A stretch of DNA of 64,000 bases from an uncultured Elusimicrobia bacterium (GCA_963702895.1 OY969767.1:1440001-1504000), one strand, 5' to 3'. Counted from the stretch's first letter, positions 11,373 through 21,758 are shown. Numbers and translations are program-made. The notes: generated from the letters alone by a model not told the origin.

Positions 11373-11639
11373 TTAGTCCTTCTCCCCAAAGCGCTCGCTG
11401 AAGAGCTGTTCAAGGGTGACCAGGGCCTCTTGTTCATCGGGTCCGTCCGCGATGATGAGAAGCGACGACCCCTCCTCCGCCGCCAGCATCATCAGGCCCA
11501 TGATGGATTTGCCGTCCACTTCCTGATCTCCTTTTCGAACTTTGATGCTGGATACGAATTTATGGGTGGTCTGGACAAAAAGTGCCGCGGGCCTGGCGTG
11601 GAGGCCCAATCGGTTCTTGATGGTCAGTTGTTTTTCCAT
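11373..11639 (-). CDS. ptsH: Phosphocarrier HPr
   Basis: GLHARPAA (His15) and KSIMG (Ser46); start at MEKQL. Confidence 0.96.
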   Translation of the reverse strand: MEKQLTIKNRLGLHARPAALFVQTTHKFVSSIKVRKGDQEVDGKSIMGLMMLAAEEGSSLLIIADGPDEQEALVTLEQLFSERFGEKD

Positions 11640-12448
11640 CATGAGGGCCAGTGGATCCCCAGCTGGGTCATCATCATGGCCAGGAGGCAGACGAGGTAAA
11701 AGATGACGACGATCGGGACGTTCCAGCGCTTGAGGATCGCGCTCCCTAGAAAGACCGCCATCAGCCAAATCAACATCTCCGAACCGGTCCACCGCGAAAA
11801 ATAGACGAGCACTACGGCGAAGAGAAAGAGCAGGCCGATTCGGCGAATCTCGGCGGACCACTTCTGGAGATGAAGCGACTCCACCCATTTCACGACCAGC
11901 GGCCCTTCGGAAGCGCCCTTGGAGAGGCCACGCCACCGGAGCCAGACATGGATGGAATTAAACATGGCCAGAAAGCCGACCACCCACCACTTGGCACACT
12001 GCAAGGCGCTCGCGGGGTTGTAGACGGCAGGCGCGTTCTCGCCTTGGCCAGCAGGAGAGCCGACTAAGAGCCCGACGCTGAGCGCCATGATGGCGCAAAA
12101 GGGCCGCCACGCCCCCCAGATGACATGATCCCCAACGGCACCGAACGCGCCGCCCATGGAGTTCTTGAGGACCGCGAGCGTCGCCTCGTCGTTTCGTTTG
12201 TTCTGGGCCGCGAAGAGTTCCCGGTTGAAAAGAACCCCCATCACGATGGGCGCAAAATAGGGATGCGTATTAAAATATTCGCTGTGACGCCGAAGCGCAG
12301 CGTAAAAATCGTGCTTGGCACGGTAGACGTGGCGCAAGAGAGGATCCATACTGAACGCAAAGCCGATGTTCTGCATCCGCTCAAAGTTCCAAAGCGACTG
12401 AAGCACAAACGACCGGACGAAACACCTCCACAGAGCCAGGGTCCTCAT
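11639..12448 (-). CDS. Mannose-family PTS IID component
   Basis: WNFERMQNIGF, FNTHP, GAVGD motifs. Confidence 0.9.
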   Translation of the reverse strand: MRTLALWRCFVRSFVLQSLWNFERMQNIGFAFSMDPLLRHVYRAKHDFYAALRRHSEYFNTHPYFAPIVMGVLFNRELFAAQNKRNDEATLAVLKNSMGGAFGAVGDHVIWGAWRPFCAIMALSVGLLVGSPAGQGENAPAVYNPASALQCAKWWVVGFLAMFNSIHVWLRWRGLSKGASEGPLVVKWVESLHLQKWSAEIRRIGLLFLFAVVLVYFSRWTGSEMLIWLMAVFLGSAILKRWNVPIVVIFYLVCLLAMMMTQLGIHWPS

Positions 12449-13128
12449 GAGGCGTCCTTCTTCGAATTCTGCACGGACTTTTTTGAGGACCAACGGCCCT
12501 CATCGTCTCCCGAAAGAAAAATCTCCAAGGTGATCCCCAGTCCTGCGACGGGCAAGAGAATGATCGCCAGGATGAGACCCTGATCCAACGGGCCCAATCG
12601 TGGCATATAGGCGAGTCGTTTCCAGAAGAGGTCCCCCAGGACAAAGACGATCGCGTAGAGCACGGTGTAGCGTACCCAACTCCAAACGACGCCCGTGCCA
12701 ATGCCCATCCATAACGCCAGGGGCAGCTGCTCATCACGAACGGCTTCCAGACGGTGCATGATCCGGGTGTTGACGCGCCGCGCTCGCTGGTCCGCCCAGC
12801 GAAAGAAATAGCCACAGGGTATCGCCAGCGCCATACACAGCACGATCTGGGAAAGGGAGCCTTGCCCGGGCGCGCTCGCCCAGTAAACGGCCAGAAGCGT
12901 CGAAGAGGTGGCGTCGTAAGGGATCCCCACACCGATCGGGCTTAAATCCATCCACATCAGCTGCATGATCCCTCCGACCACAACACCGACCGCCACATTC
13001 CCCATCAAATAACCAAACAGAGGTCCTGCCACGAGCGGCTGCGAAATCATGAAAGGGCCCAGCGCCGTAAAGTCGAGCGCTATGACGCCCGCCCACATGG
13101 CTCCCAGAAGAAATCGCTCCACGATCAT
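12445..13128 (-). CDS. Mannose-family PTS IIC component
   Basis: Hydrophobic; SQPLVAGPLFG motif; next to IID. Confidence 0.85.
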   Translation of the reverse strand: MIVERFLLGAMWAGVIALDFTALGPFMISQPLVAGPLFGYLMGNVAVGVVVGGIMQLMWMDLSPIGVGIPYDATSSTLLAVYWASAPGQGSLSQIVLCMALAIPCGYFFRWADQRARRVNTRIMHRLEAVRDEQLPLALWMGIGTGVVWSWVRYTVLYAIVFVLGDLFWKRLAYMPRLGPLDQGLILAIILLPVAGLGITLEIFLSGDDEGRWSSKKSVQNSKKDAS

Positions 13129-15206
13129 GCGCGGCGCACCCCGACTTTCCAGGACCGGAGCCACACCTGCCCGGGCTGCAAGGGGATCTTGGCGTGCGCG
13201 AGAACGACCGTTCCCTGATAGGTCCGCTCAAAACCCTCTTCCGACAACGAAACGGTCTCCAGCGGAAATTCCCAGAGATCGACGGGCAGATCAAACTCCA
13301 TGTGGAGGGCAAGTCCATAGCCATGGTCTCTCCGGATCCACTCGGTCTGACTCAAATGCTCTTCGGGGTCCTGCTTGTCCTGGCTGGAAAAAGCGAAATT
13401 CAACTCACTGCCAAACCACAACTGACAGGCGGGGCCGTGGACATTTTGGATGCGATAGACGACTTGCCACCCCAGGGCATCGGTGAGGGTGATGGTTTTC
13501 TCGACCGCGATCATATTTTTCTGTTCTCCGGACCACACCGACCCCATTCGGGAGAGCCGAATCTGGGGATATTTGTCTTCCACGATATCGACCTGATAGC
13601 CCATCTTCACAAAATCGCCTTGCTCGCCATACTGGCATTGGTAGAAGTTTTCAAGCGTGGTGGTCGGATGGAAAAAGTGATCCAAAAGGCTCGTACGCCT
13701 GTACCAATCAACGAACAAGCGCTTCTCGAGTCCCGGCTCTTTGACACGAACGAGGTCATGGATCGTCTTGACCGGTCCGGCCGAGGCGTGGCCGTGAGGG
13801 TCCACATAATCCAGAAGCTGCCGGTGGTAGGCTTCGGACCGGCGAGTCAGGACATTCTGGAGATTGATCCCCTCCCGCCGGAGGTCCCATTCATAGAGCG
13901 TACCGCCAGAGCCCGGCGAGAGATAGAGATTCTGTGTCGGGGTCTCGATGAGCACCTCAGGGCGGCCGTCCTTGTCGAAATCCTCCTGGGTCACGCTGAT
14001 GCTTTCATCCTTCAGGATCTTGTCCGCTTGTCTTTCCGCGGAGAGCAGCTCCTGGTAGATCGCTTGGCGCAGGTGAGGAAGGTAGAGGCCTCCAAAGACG
14101 CCGTGCCAATAGGCGCAATTGCACTGGCCCGCCCACAGGGCGTCGAAGGCCTTCTGTGATTTGGGGTTGGCCTTATGGTCGGCCGCCTTGTGCACTTTCC
14201 TTGAGACCCAGAGCATCTTCTTATGCAGATTGTTGGCCTCTTCGTATTTGGTGAGAAAGTTCCTCCAGAAGCCGCCATGCATGAAACGCTTCGCGATCAG
14301 TCGGTCCTCGTCGGAAAGGTGTTTCCCAAAGTGATGGAAGGTGTCCTGCGCCTGAGGCGTCAGAGTCCACTCCCCCATCTCCGAATAGGACGCGGTCGGC
14401 AAATAGACGCGACCGTGCGGCACATGCGCCTTGAGGTAATCCGAAATACGCGTGGTGAGGACCCAGTCCTTGTTGCTCTCAAGGACCGTGAGAAATTTCT
14501 CCAGCCATCCTTGCTCATACACGTGGGCATAGGTGTCCGGCCAAAGGCCAAACTTTTCGCCATCATCAAACATGACGAGGGCTTTATGCCCGGACGGTGA
14601 GACATGCTGCCGCAAGAGGTTGAGGGTCTCGGCGGGTTCCTTGAAGGGGATGGCGTAACGCAGGTCCTGACGGATGGGCAGGACCAGGACTGTCGAGCCC
14701 TGTTCCTCGCTCATGAAAGCCCCGCACATTTCCTCGAGGGACAGACCCGTGGAAAGGAAGTGGGTGTCATCCACCAAGGTATAGTCCACCTCGTTGTCCG
14801 CGAGCGTCTTCACCAAGTGGGGCTCCCAGACGCGTTCGGCAAGCCACATGCCGCGGGGCTTGGTCTTGAATCGGGCCCGAATATAGCGAGAGAGTTTCTG
14901 AATTTGTCCTGACTTGTCGAGCTCCGGCAGTGCCGGGAGGATCGGCTCGTAGAACCCCCCCGTCAGGATTTCCAATCGTCCCTCTTTGACCTGCGCGGCG
15001 ACGCGGTCGATATAGTCCGGGTGGTGCTTTTCCAGCCACTCCCACAGAATGCCCGTTGTGTGGAGGTTCCAGTGAATCGCGGGATGACGTTCCATCGCCT
15101 CAAGGAAAGGGAGGTAGGCGTGGGTATAGGCCTTCTCAAAAACAAAATCAAAATTACCGATGGGCTGATGATTATGAACACCGAGGATGAAATGCACTTT
15201 GTTCAT
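13125..15206 (-). CDS. GH57 alpha-amylase/4-alpha-glucanotransferase
   Basis: HNHQP, EPIL, WLAERVWEP, DDGEKFG, QCNCAYWHG motifs. Confidence 0.93.
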   Translation of the reverse strand: MNKVHFILGVHNHQPIGNFDFVFEKAYTHAYLPFLEAMERHPAIHWNLHTTGILWEWLEKHHPDYIDRVAAQVKEGRLEILTGGFYEPILPALPELDKSGQIQKLSRYIRARFKTKPRGMWLAERVWEPHLVKTLADNEVDYTLVDDTHFLSTGLSLEEMCGAFMSEEQGSTVLVLPIRQDLRYAIPFKEPAETLNLLRQHVSPSGHKALVMFDDGEKFGLWPDTYAHVYEQGWLEKFLTVLESNKDWVLTTRISDYLKAHVPHGRVYLPTASYSEMGEWTLTPQAQDTFHHFGKHLSDEDRLIAKRFMHGGFWRNFLTKYEEANNLHKKMLWVSRKVHKAADHKANPKSQKAFDALWAGQCNCAYWHGVFGGLYLPHLRQAIYQELLSAERQADKILKDESISVTQEDFDKDGRPEVLIETPTQNLYLSPGSGGTLYEWDLRREGINLQNVLTRRSEAYHRQLLDYVDPHGHASAGPVKTIHDLVRVKEPGLEKRLFVDWYRRTSLLDHFFHPTTTLENFYQCQYGEQGDFVKMGYQVDIVEDKYPQIRLSRMGSVWSGEQKNMIAVEKTITLTDALGWQVVYRIQNVHGPACQLWFGSELNFAFSSQDKQDPEEHLSQTEWIRRDHGYGLALHMEFDLPVDLWEFPLETVSLSEEGFERTYQGTVVLAHAKIPLQPGQVWLRSWKVGVRRA

Positions 15207-15721
15207 TGGGGCTGTTCCCGGAGCGCTTCACGCTCTTCTTGCCAGCGCTGGAGATATCCCACCATATTCACCGGCTCATCGAGGGGAAGCGCCCGGGCCT
15301 CCAGGAGCACCCCCTTGGCCGTCAACGCTTTCAGGGCCCGCACATCGGCGTCATCGAGGCTAATCCCTTTTAGGATCTGGACGCGGCCTTGCCGAAAGTG
15401 CAGGCCGCCAAGGTTCACCGAGCTGATCGGCGCACCGAACTCGTAGAGGGAGAGGGCTTCGTCGGGCGTGGAGACAAGGACCAGCACGCGCTCGCTCTTC
15501 CAGGAATCATTTTTCCATAGGCGCGCCGTCTCCTCCAAGTTCAGGCAGGAGAGTCCCACGCCATGCGGTACGGCCAGCTGATAGAGGGCCTTCTGGGTAT
15601 CATCGGCCCCCACCTCGTCGGAGGCCACGACGACATGCTGGACGCGAAAGCTCTTCACCCAGCCTTCGACCACCTGGCCATGCACCAGACGGTCATCGAT
15701 GCGTAAAAGTTCAACTCCCAT
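15203..15721 (-). CDS. Mannose-family PTS IIB component
   Basis: RIDDRLVHGQV, NLGG motifs. Confidence 0.93.
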   Translation of the reverse strand: MGVELLRIDDRLVHGQVVEGWVKSFRVQHVVVASDEVGADDTQKALYQLAVPHGVGLSCLNLEETARLWKNDSWKSERVLVLVSTPDEALSLYEFGAPISSVNLGGLHFRQGRVQILKGISLDDADVRALKALTAKGVLLEARALPLDEPVNMVGYLQRWQEEREALREQPQ

Positions 15722-16128
15722 CAGCTCAGCCTCTTCAGTAAGAGGTCCTTGGCGGACACGATCGCGCGCCGGCCATCCTCCGCAACTTTGGCGGCAAGCG
15801 CCTTCAAATCCATTTTGTGCCGATTATTAATACCGGAGAGCAGCATGTAAAGGTTGACGCCGGTGAGGACTTCGGCGGGACGGTCCTTGGTTTTCAAGAG
15901 GGCGGTATTGCAGGGGGTGCCGCCCAGCATGTCCACGAGAATCAGGGCACCTTCCGGGGCATGGAGTTTCTCAAGCGTCTCGAGCAGCATCTGCCCGACG
16001 TCCTGCGGGCCCATGTCCGGTGTGACCGCAAGGGCGACCAGGCCCTCCTGTCGGCCCGCGATATCCTGCACCGTTCGAAGGAGTTCGTGGCCCAATTGGC
16101 CATGGGTCAGGACAATGATCGAAATCAT
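15721..16128 (-). CDS. Mannose-family PTS IIA component
   Basis: LTHG, DMLGGTP, GVNLYM motifs; start at MISII. Confidence 0.92.
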   Translation of the reverse strand: MISIIVLTHGQLGHELLRTVQDIAGRQEGLVALAVTPDMGPQDVGQMLLETLEKLHAPEGALILVDMLGGTPCNTALLKTKDRPAEVLTGVNLYMLLSGINNRHKMDLKALAAKVAEDGRRAIVSAKDLLLKRLS

Positions 16129-16991
16129 CGTTCCATGTCCCGGTGAAGGACGCGGACTTTGCAACCACGCCTGGCCAGATAGGCCGAGAGGGCTTCGGTC
16201 ATCACGACAGACCGGTGGCGCCCTCCCGTGCAACCGATCGCGATGGTCAGGTAACTTTTCCCTTCCTTCACATAGTGGGGCATGGACGAAGAGACCAGCT
16301 CAAAGAACATTTTTGAAAAACGCTGGGCCTGTGTGGTGGCCATCACGAATTGGCGAACGGAGGGTTCACGTCCGGTTTTATGACGCAGGTGCTGGATATA
16401 GTTCGGGTTCGGCATAAAGCGCACGTCCCAGACCAGGTCCGCGTCCACCGGAAGGCCATACTTGTACCCAAAGGAGACCAGGCTCACCTGAATTTCGGAG
16501 CGCGAGTTCCGACGGCTATCAAAGAGATCCAAGATCCGCTGCTTCAGCTCCGCCAGCGTCAGATTGCTTGTATCGATGATTTTGTGCGCGAGTTCCTTGA
16601 TCTTGAGCAGTTGCCTGCGTTCCTCGCGAATCCCCAACGAAACGCTTTTCCCCAAGGGATGACGCCGTCGCGTTTCGGAGAAACGGCGAAGCAGGGCTTT
16701 ATCATCGGCGTCCAGAAAAACAATACGGCAATCCACACCCTGTCGTTTAAGCTTTTGGATCGTTTCGAGGAAATCTTGGAGGAACCCCCCCTCGCGCACA
16801 TCGATGCCCAGCGCGACGCGCTGCAGACGTTTCCCGGATTCGGAACATAACTTGGCCATCTTGGGCAAGAGCGCAACCGGCAGATTATCCACACAGAAAA
16901 ACCCCATGTCCTCTAAGCAGTTGAGGGTCTGGGACTTGCCCGCCCCCGACATGCCGGTCACGATCCAAAAGAGGACTTGATCTATTCTCAT
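16125..16991 (-). CDS. rapZ: RNase adapter RapZ
   Basis: GMSGAGKS, DVRFMPNP, GCTGGRHRS. Confidence 0.96.
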   Translation of the reverse strand: MRIDQVLFWIVTGMSGAGKSQTLNCLEDMGFFCVDNLPVALLPKMAKLCSESGKRLQRVALGIDVREGGFLQDFLETIQKLKRQGVDCRIVFLDADDKALLRRFSETRRRHPLGKSVSLGIREERRQLLKIKELAHKIIDTSNLTLAELKQRILDLFDSRRNSRSEIQVSLVSFGYKYGLPVDADLVWDVRFMPNPNYIQHLRHKTGREPSVRQFVMATTQAQRFSKMFFELVSSSMPHYVKEGKSYLTIAIGCTGGRHRSVVMTEALSAYLARRGCKVRVLHRDMER

Positions 16992-16994
16992 CGG

Positions 16995-17963
16995 TTATCT
17001 GGCCTTCGCTTTCTTGGCCGCCGAGGTTTTCCTCGCCATGAGCGAAATGAGCTTGTTGCTAAAGTCTTTGGCGGCAAATTCCCCACGGTACTTGAGACGC
17101 TCATTGAGCGTCGCGACTTCCACGAGCACCGCGAGGTTTCTTCCCTGACGAACAGGCATCACGACCTCGGGGACACGGACACTTAAGATCGAGGTCGTCC
17201 TCTCGGAAAGGCCAACGCGATCATACTCGACGGTTTGTTTCCATTCCTCCATGCGGATGACGAGCTCGATGCGCGTTTTATCGAGGACGCTGCCGACTCC
17301 AAAGATCTTCTGGACATCGATAATGCCGACGCCCCGAAGCTCCATGTGATGACGGATGAGCTCCGCACCCGTCCCGAAAAGCACACCCCCCAAGCGGTGT
17401 TTGACCTCGACCACATCATCGGCGACGAGCATATGGCCGCGCTTGAGGAGTTCCAGGGCGCATTCCGATTTTCCAATCCCCGAGTCCCCCACCAAAAGGA
17501 CGCCCAGCCCGTAGACATTCATGAGCACACCATGAATGGTGGTGGTCGGCGCCAGTTTTTCTTCCATGTAGACCGTCAGCTCACCAATGAGGTGCGCGGT
17601 CGTGAGCGCCGAACGCAGGAGCGGCACGTGCATGTCGTTGGCCAAATCGATGAGCTCACGGTGCGGCTTGATCCCTCGCGTGATCACCAGGCAGGGGAGT
17701 TTTTTGTCAAACGAAAAGACTTTCGCGATGGCCTCCTTGCGCTTGGCGCTGGCGAACGTTGAAAGATAGGTGTGCTCACCCAACCCCATGATTTGGACCC
17801 TTTCAGAAGGGAAGTAATCGAGGTAGCCCGACAGCGCCAGGCCTGGGCGGTTGATCTCCGAAACCGTGATCTCCCGGCGCAACCCCTTGGAGCCGCCCAG
17901 GAGCGTCAACTGCAGATCTCCTTCTTTGTCGCGCAACAGATCAGCAACGAGCAGGGATTTCAT
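16995..17963 (-). CDS. hprK: HPr kinase/phosphorylase
   Basis: NRPGL, GDSGIGKSE, LVADD, GRNLA. Confidence 0.97.
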   Translation of the reverse strand: MKSLLVADLLRDKEGDLQLTLLGGSKGLRREITVSEINRPGLALSGYLDYFPSERVQIMGLGEHTYLSTFASAKRKEAIAKVFSFDKKLPCLVITRGIKPHRELIDLANDMHVPLLRSALTTAHLIGELTVYMEEKLAPTTTIHGVLMNVYGLGVLLVGDSGIGKSECALELLKRGHMLVADDVVEVKHRLGGVLFGTGAELIRHHMELRGVGIIDVQKIFGVGSVLDKTRIELVIRMEEWKQTVEYDRVGLSERTTSILSVRVPEVVMPVRQGRNLAVLVEVATLNERLKYRGEFAAKDFSNKLISLMARKTSAAKKAKAR

Positions 17964-18446
17964 TTATAGTTGGTCCTCTTCTCGAATGAGTTTTAGGATA
18001 TCCGGAACCGTGCGGGCCTCACGCAGCGCTTGCCTGAAAAACTTGTCCTTGAGGAGCCTGGAGATGCGCGCGAGCGCTTTCAGATGAAGCACAGCCGCAT
18101 CCGGCGGCGCGACCAGGACGAACACGATATGGACGGGCTCGCCATCGAGCGCGTCAAACTGGACCCCCCGACGCGAAACACCGAAAGCGGCGGCCACGTG
18201 GGTGGCCTGATCCGACTTGGCGTGTGGAATCGCAATACCTTGTCCAATGCCTGTGGAACCCAATTTTTCCCGCTCGATCAGCACGTCGACGGTCGTGGCA
18301 GCATCTTTGACCTTGCCCTCATTTTTGAGGAGTGCGATCAGCTCCTCCAGGACGCCGCGTTTACTGGTTGCCGAGAGCTCCGGGATAATAGCGCTGGGGC
18401 TTAGAATGTCCATAATCTTTATTTTTTCATCTTGATTGGTTGGCAT
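17964..18446 (-). CDS. ptsN: PTS IIA (Ntr/fructose type)
   Basis: REKLGSTGIGQGIAIPH. Confidence 0.9.
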   Translation of the reverse strand: MPTNQDEKIKIMDILSPSAIIPELSATSKRGVLEELIALLKNEGKVKDAATTVDVLIEREKLGSTGIGQGIAIPHAKSDQATHVAAAFGVSRRGVQFDALDGEPVHIVFVLVAPPDAAVLHLKALARISRLLKDKFFRQALREARTVPDILKLIREEDQL

Positions 18447-18467
18447 AGGGCCTCCTCAGGTTTCCCA

Positions 18468-19013
18468 TCATGAAATCGATTCGACAACACCGTAGGTTCG
18501 ATCGGGTTTGCGATAGAGAACGGTGACCCTCTGGCTGTCACGGTTCAGAAAAATCCAGTGGGCGCTGTCCGCCGCTTCCATGGCCGAAATCGCCTCGTTT
18601 AAGCTGAGCGCTGTGAGCTTCATCTGGCGCGCACTCGAAACACGATGGTCCGTGGGCTCCGGGGCAACGAGCGTGGCCGCCTTTTCCCACGATTTCGAGC
18701 GCGGGGAGCGACGCGGGTTGATCGCTCGGCGTTCACGATGACGCTCTTTGTAACGCCGGAGCTGTTCATCCAGATTGTCCGAAGCCAGATCGATCGCCGC
18801 GTAGAGATCGACAGACTCCTCTTTGGCAGCGAAGGTGTAGCCGGCGGCATGGAGGATGATTTCGGCCCGATGACGCTGCTTGGCCACTTCCAGGACGACC
18901 TGGGCCCAGATCAGATGATCATTAAAGCGACGCGCTTTTTCAAGTTTTTTTTCGACGTAATCCTTGATCGCAGGCGTCAGTTTGATGTGCCGAGCCGAAA
19001 TATTGACTTGCAT
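18468..19013 (-). CDS. hpf: Ribosome hibernation promoting factor (long form)
   Basis: DLYAAID motif and C-terminal VLYRK.D.TYG domain. Confidence 0.92.
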   Translation of the reverse strand: MQVNISARHIKLTPAIKDYVEKKLEKARRFNDHLIWAQVVLEVAKQRHRAEIILHAAGYTFAAKEESVDLYAAIDLASDNLDEQLRRYKERHRERRAINPRRSPRSKSWEKAATLVAPEPTDHRVSSARQMKLTALSLNEAISAMEAADSAHWIFLNRDSQRVTVLYRKPDRTYGVVESIS

Positions 19014-19022
19014 AAACGCCTC

Positions 19023-19742
19023 CTATAAACTGAATTTATCGCCAAGATAAAAGCGCCTGGCGTCGGGATGAGAGAGCACTTCATGGGCGCTCCCCTCGAC
19101 ACGGACCTGACCCTCATGCAAAATGTAGGCGCGGTCCACGATCTCCAGAGTCTCCCGGACGTTATGGTCCGTGATGAGCACTCCGATCCCGCGCGACTTG
19201 AGATTGACCACCACGCTCTGGAGATCCGCGACCGCCAAAGGATCAATCCCAACAAACGGCTCATCCAGCAAGAGATATTTGGGGTCCGTCACCAGGGCAC
19301 GCGCCACCTCGCATCGTCGTTTTTCCCCGCCCGAGAGGGTCTGCGCCATCTGGGAACGCAATTTCTCGAGGCCGAGCTCCGCGAGCAAACCGTTGATTTT
19401 TTCCCCCTTCTCCTGCCCGGGGAAGTCGCGCATTTGAAGGACGGCCATTAAATTCTCCTCAACGCTCAGACGCCGAAAGATCGAAGGCTCCTGCGCCAGG
19501 TATCCGATCCCGAGGCGCGCGCGCTCATACATCGGCTTGCGCGTGATGTTTTCCGTATTGAGCAGGATCGATCCGGCGTCAGGCCTGACCAAACCCATCA
19601 CCATCTGAAAACAGGTGGTCTTGCCCGCACCATTGGGTCCCAGGAGGCCCACCACTTCTCCCGGTCGCACATACACTTCGACGCCACGCACCACCTTGCG
19701 GCGACCATACGACTTTTCAAGACCTTGGGCGACCAGGTTCAT
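19023..19742 (-). CDS. lptB: LPS export ATPase LptB
   Basis: GIGYLAQEPSIF, LSGGE, TDHNVRETL. Confidence 0.97.
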   Translation of the reverse strand: MNLVAQGLEKSYGRRKVVRGVEVYVRPGEVVGLLGPNGAGKTTCFQMVMGLVRPDAGSILLNTENITRKPMYERARLGIGYLAQEPSIFRRLSVEENLMAVLQMRDFPGQEKGEKINGLLAELGLEKLRSQMAQTLSGGEKRRCEVARALVTDPKYLLLDEPFVGIDPLAVADLQSVVVNLKSRGIGVLITDHNVRETLEIVDRAYILHEGQVRVEGSAHEVLSHPDARRFYLGDKFSL

Positions 19743-20230
19743 GAGGAGCCCGGCACCACATGACCACGGACCTGGCCGGTGAGCCGCGCCTTACCCGGGG
19801 TCTTCGTATCAATCCAACCGCGATCCGCACGAAACTGTGCCTGACCCGAAACGCTATGAAGATAAACAGCCACCTGAGTTTTGCCCCAGAGCTCCACCGT
19901 GTCTTTCGACGGATAATAGACCGCCTCTTCGCTCTCGATGCGGACCTTTTCCTTCTTGGGGGAAACCCAGCTGCCCACCACATGCCCCTGCGCCTCGACC
20001 CGCCCATCGGCTTTGACGCGGACCATCCGGTCGGATCTCACTTCATAGGGGCCCTGCGTCAGCACCACATGGCCTCGAAAGATGGTGAGCGCGCCGTTGT
20101 TTTGGAGCTCAAGCTCATCACTGGTGATGGTCGCGGGCGTCTCCGGCCCCTTCGCGAACGTCAGCCCTGCTGTGCCCAAAACCACCAGGGCCCTGATGAA
20201 GAACCGCTGCACCGATGCCCTTGCGTTCAT
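19739..20230 (-). CDS. lptA: LptA/OstA-family periplasmic protein
   Basis: Signal peptide, beta-rich FRGHVVL; between lptC and lptB. Confidence 0.8.
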   Translation of the reverse strand: MNARASVQRFFIRALVVLGTAGLTFAKGPETPATITSDELELQNNGALTIFRGHVVLTQGPYEVRSDRMVRVKADGRVEAQGHVVGSWVSPKKEKVRIESEEAVYYPSKDTVELWGKTQVAVYLHSVSGQAQFRADRGWIDTKTPGKARLTGQVRGHVVPGSS

Positions 20231-20766
20231 GGTTGAAGGCCCTTCTTAAATCGCACTTTTTGACGCCCGATTTTAACACGTTGGAGCTCGGGATCGGTCT
20301 CCAGCCCAATGCCTTCTGTGATGGAATCCTGTTTCTCAAGCCGCACGGGGTCTTCCGAGCGAATTTTGCGAGTTTCCGGATCATAGCGCATCCGCTCCGT
20401 GGTGAGTGTGGAAGAATCCGAGCTCACCACGCTGACGCCCCCCCAGGCTTCCACCACGTGGGTCTCGGTTTGAACTTTGCCGGAAGGCGCGCTCATCTGC
20501 GAGGACACACGTCCTTCTTGATAAAAAAGGACGATGGGCTTCTCAAGCTCCGCGTACTTCTGTTCATCATAAATGCGCGCTTCGATCGAACGAAGCGTCA
20601 TCGTTTTGACGCTGTGGCGCAAATCGTTCATCTCAAAGTCTTTGAGAATCTGTGTGGGCGATGGCGAAACCACGGGCGTCGTGAGGGCCTCTTGAGCAGC
20701 CCGCCTGCACGCGAGGAAGGCGGGACATGCGCCGAGCAAAAGGATCACCAGCGCGGCCCTGCTCAA
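20227..20766 (-). CDS. lptC: LPS export protein LptC
   Basis: N-terminal anchor, LTTERMRYD...I.SEDPV...G.GL pattern; synteny. Confidence 0.85.
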   Translation of the reverse strand: MSRAALVILLLGACPAFLACRRAAQEALTTPVVSPSPTQILKDFEMNDLRHSVKTMTLRSIEARIYDEQKYAELEKPIVLFYQEGRVSSQMSAPSGKVQTETHVVEAWGGVSVVSSDSSTLTTERMRYDPETRKIRSEDPVRLEKQDSITEGIGLETDPELQRVKIGRQKVRFKKGLQP

Positions 20767-21758
20767 AGAATACCCTCCGCCAGAAGATCCCGCTCATCGA
20801 GGACCCCGATGGGCCTCCCCTTCGCGTCAACGACCGGGAGATTATCGCAGCGATAGCGGCGTAACAGTTCCGCGGCTTCGCCGACCCGTGTATCCGGAGA
20901 GACCCGATGAGGCTTTTGCGTCATCACGCGCTTGACCCATTGTTGCAGAATGAGCGGCTGCCTGGGAGCAAGTCGCCTGAAATCGCCATCCGTAAAATAG
21001 CCGGTTAAGCGTCCCGAAGCGTCGACGACACTCGTGGCGCCGAGTCGGGTCCGGGTCATGACCTCCAGGGCCCGGCGGACGGAGTGGTCCTCGCGTACCA
21101 CGGGATTCTCCCGTCCCTTATGCATCACATCCTTGACCGTCCAGAGGAGGCGCTTGCCCAACACGCCGCCGGGATGAAGCCTGGCGAAATCTTCGGCCTG
21201 AAAACCACGCGCGTCCATGAGCGCCATCGCCAGGGCATCCCCCAGCGCGAGCATCGCCGTCGTCGAGGTCGTCGGCGTGAGATTGTAGCGGCAGGCCTCT
21301 CGACGAACCGTCACCGGCAGAAAGACTGTGGACGCTCGAGCCAGGCGCGAATGAGGCCGCCCGGTCAGGCCAATCAAGGGGACCTGCATCGCATGGATGG
21401 AGGGCAGCAAGCGCTTGAGCTCTTCGGTCTCTCCGGAGTAGGAAAGCGCCAGCACCACGTCCAGCGGTGTGATCATGCCTAAATCACCATGCATCCCTTC
21501 GGAAGGATGCACAAAGATGGCCGGCGTTCCCGTCGAAGCAAGGGTCGCGCTGATCTTTCGGCCGATGAGGCCGGATTTGCCGACACCCAGCACCACGACA
21601 CGTCCACGGCACTGTTTGAGGAGCCGGATCGCTTGGGCAAAGCGCGCGTCCACATGCCGCAGCTGCGCGCGCACGGTATCGGCCTCCAAACGAAGCACGT
21701 CTTTGACGCGCTTGATCAGGACAGAGTCTTGAATGTCCGATTTAGGATTTTTGGGCAT
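20763..21758 (-). CDS. kdsD: Arabinose-5-phosphate isomerase (SIS + CBS)
   Basis: GVGKSG, HGDLG, HPGG, two CBS domains. Confidence 0.95.
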   Translation of the reverse strand: MPKNPKSDIQDSVLIKRVKDVLRLEADTVRAQLRHVDARFAQAIRLLKQCRGRVVVLGVGKSGLIGRKISATLASTGTPAIFVHPSEGMHGDLGMITPLDVVLALSYSGETEELKRLLPSIHAMQVPLIGLTGRPHSRLARASTVFLPVTVRREACRYNLTPTTSTTAMLALGDALAMALMDARGFQAEDFARLHPGGVLGKRLLWTVKDVMHKGRENPVVREDHSVRRALEVMTRTRLGATSVVDASGRLTGYFTDGDFRRLAPRQPLILQQWVKRVMTQKPHRVSPDTRVGEAAELLRRYRCDNLPVVDAKGRPIGVLDERDLLAEGIL

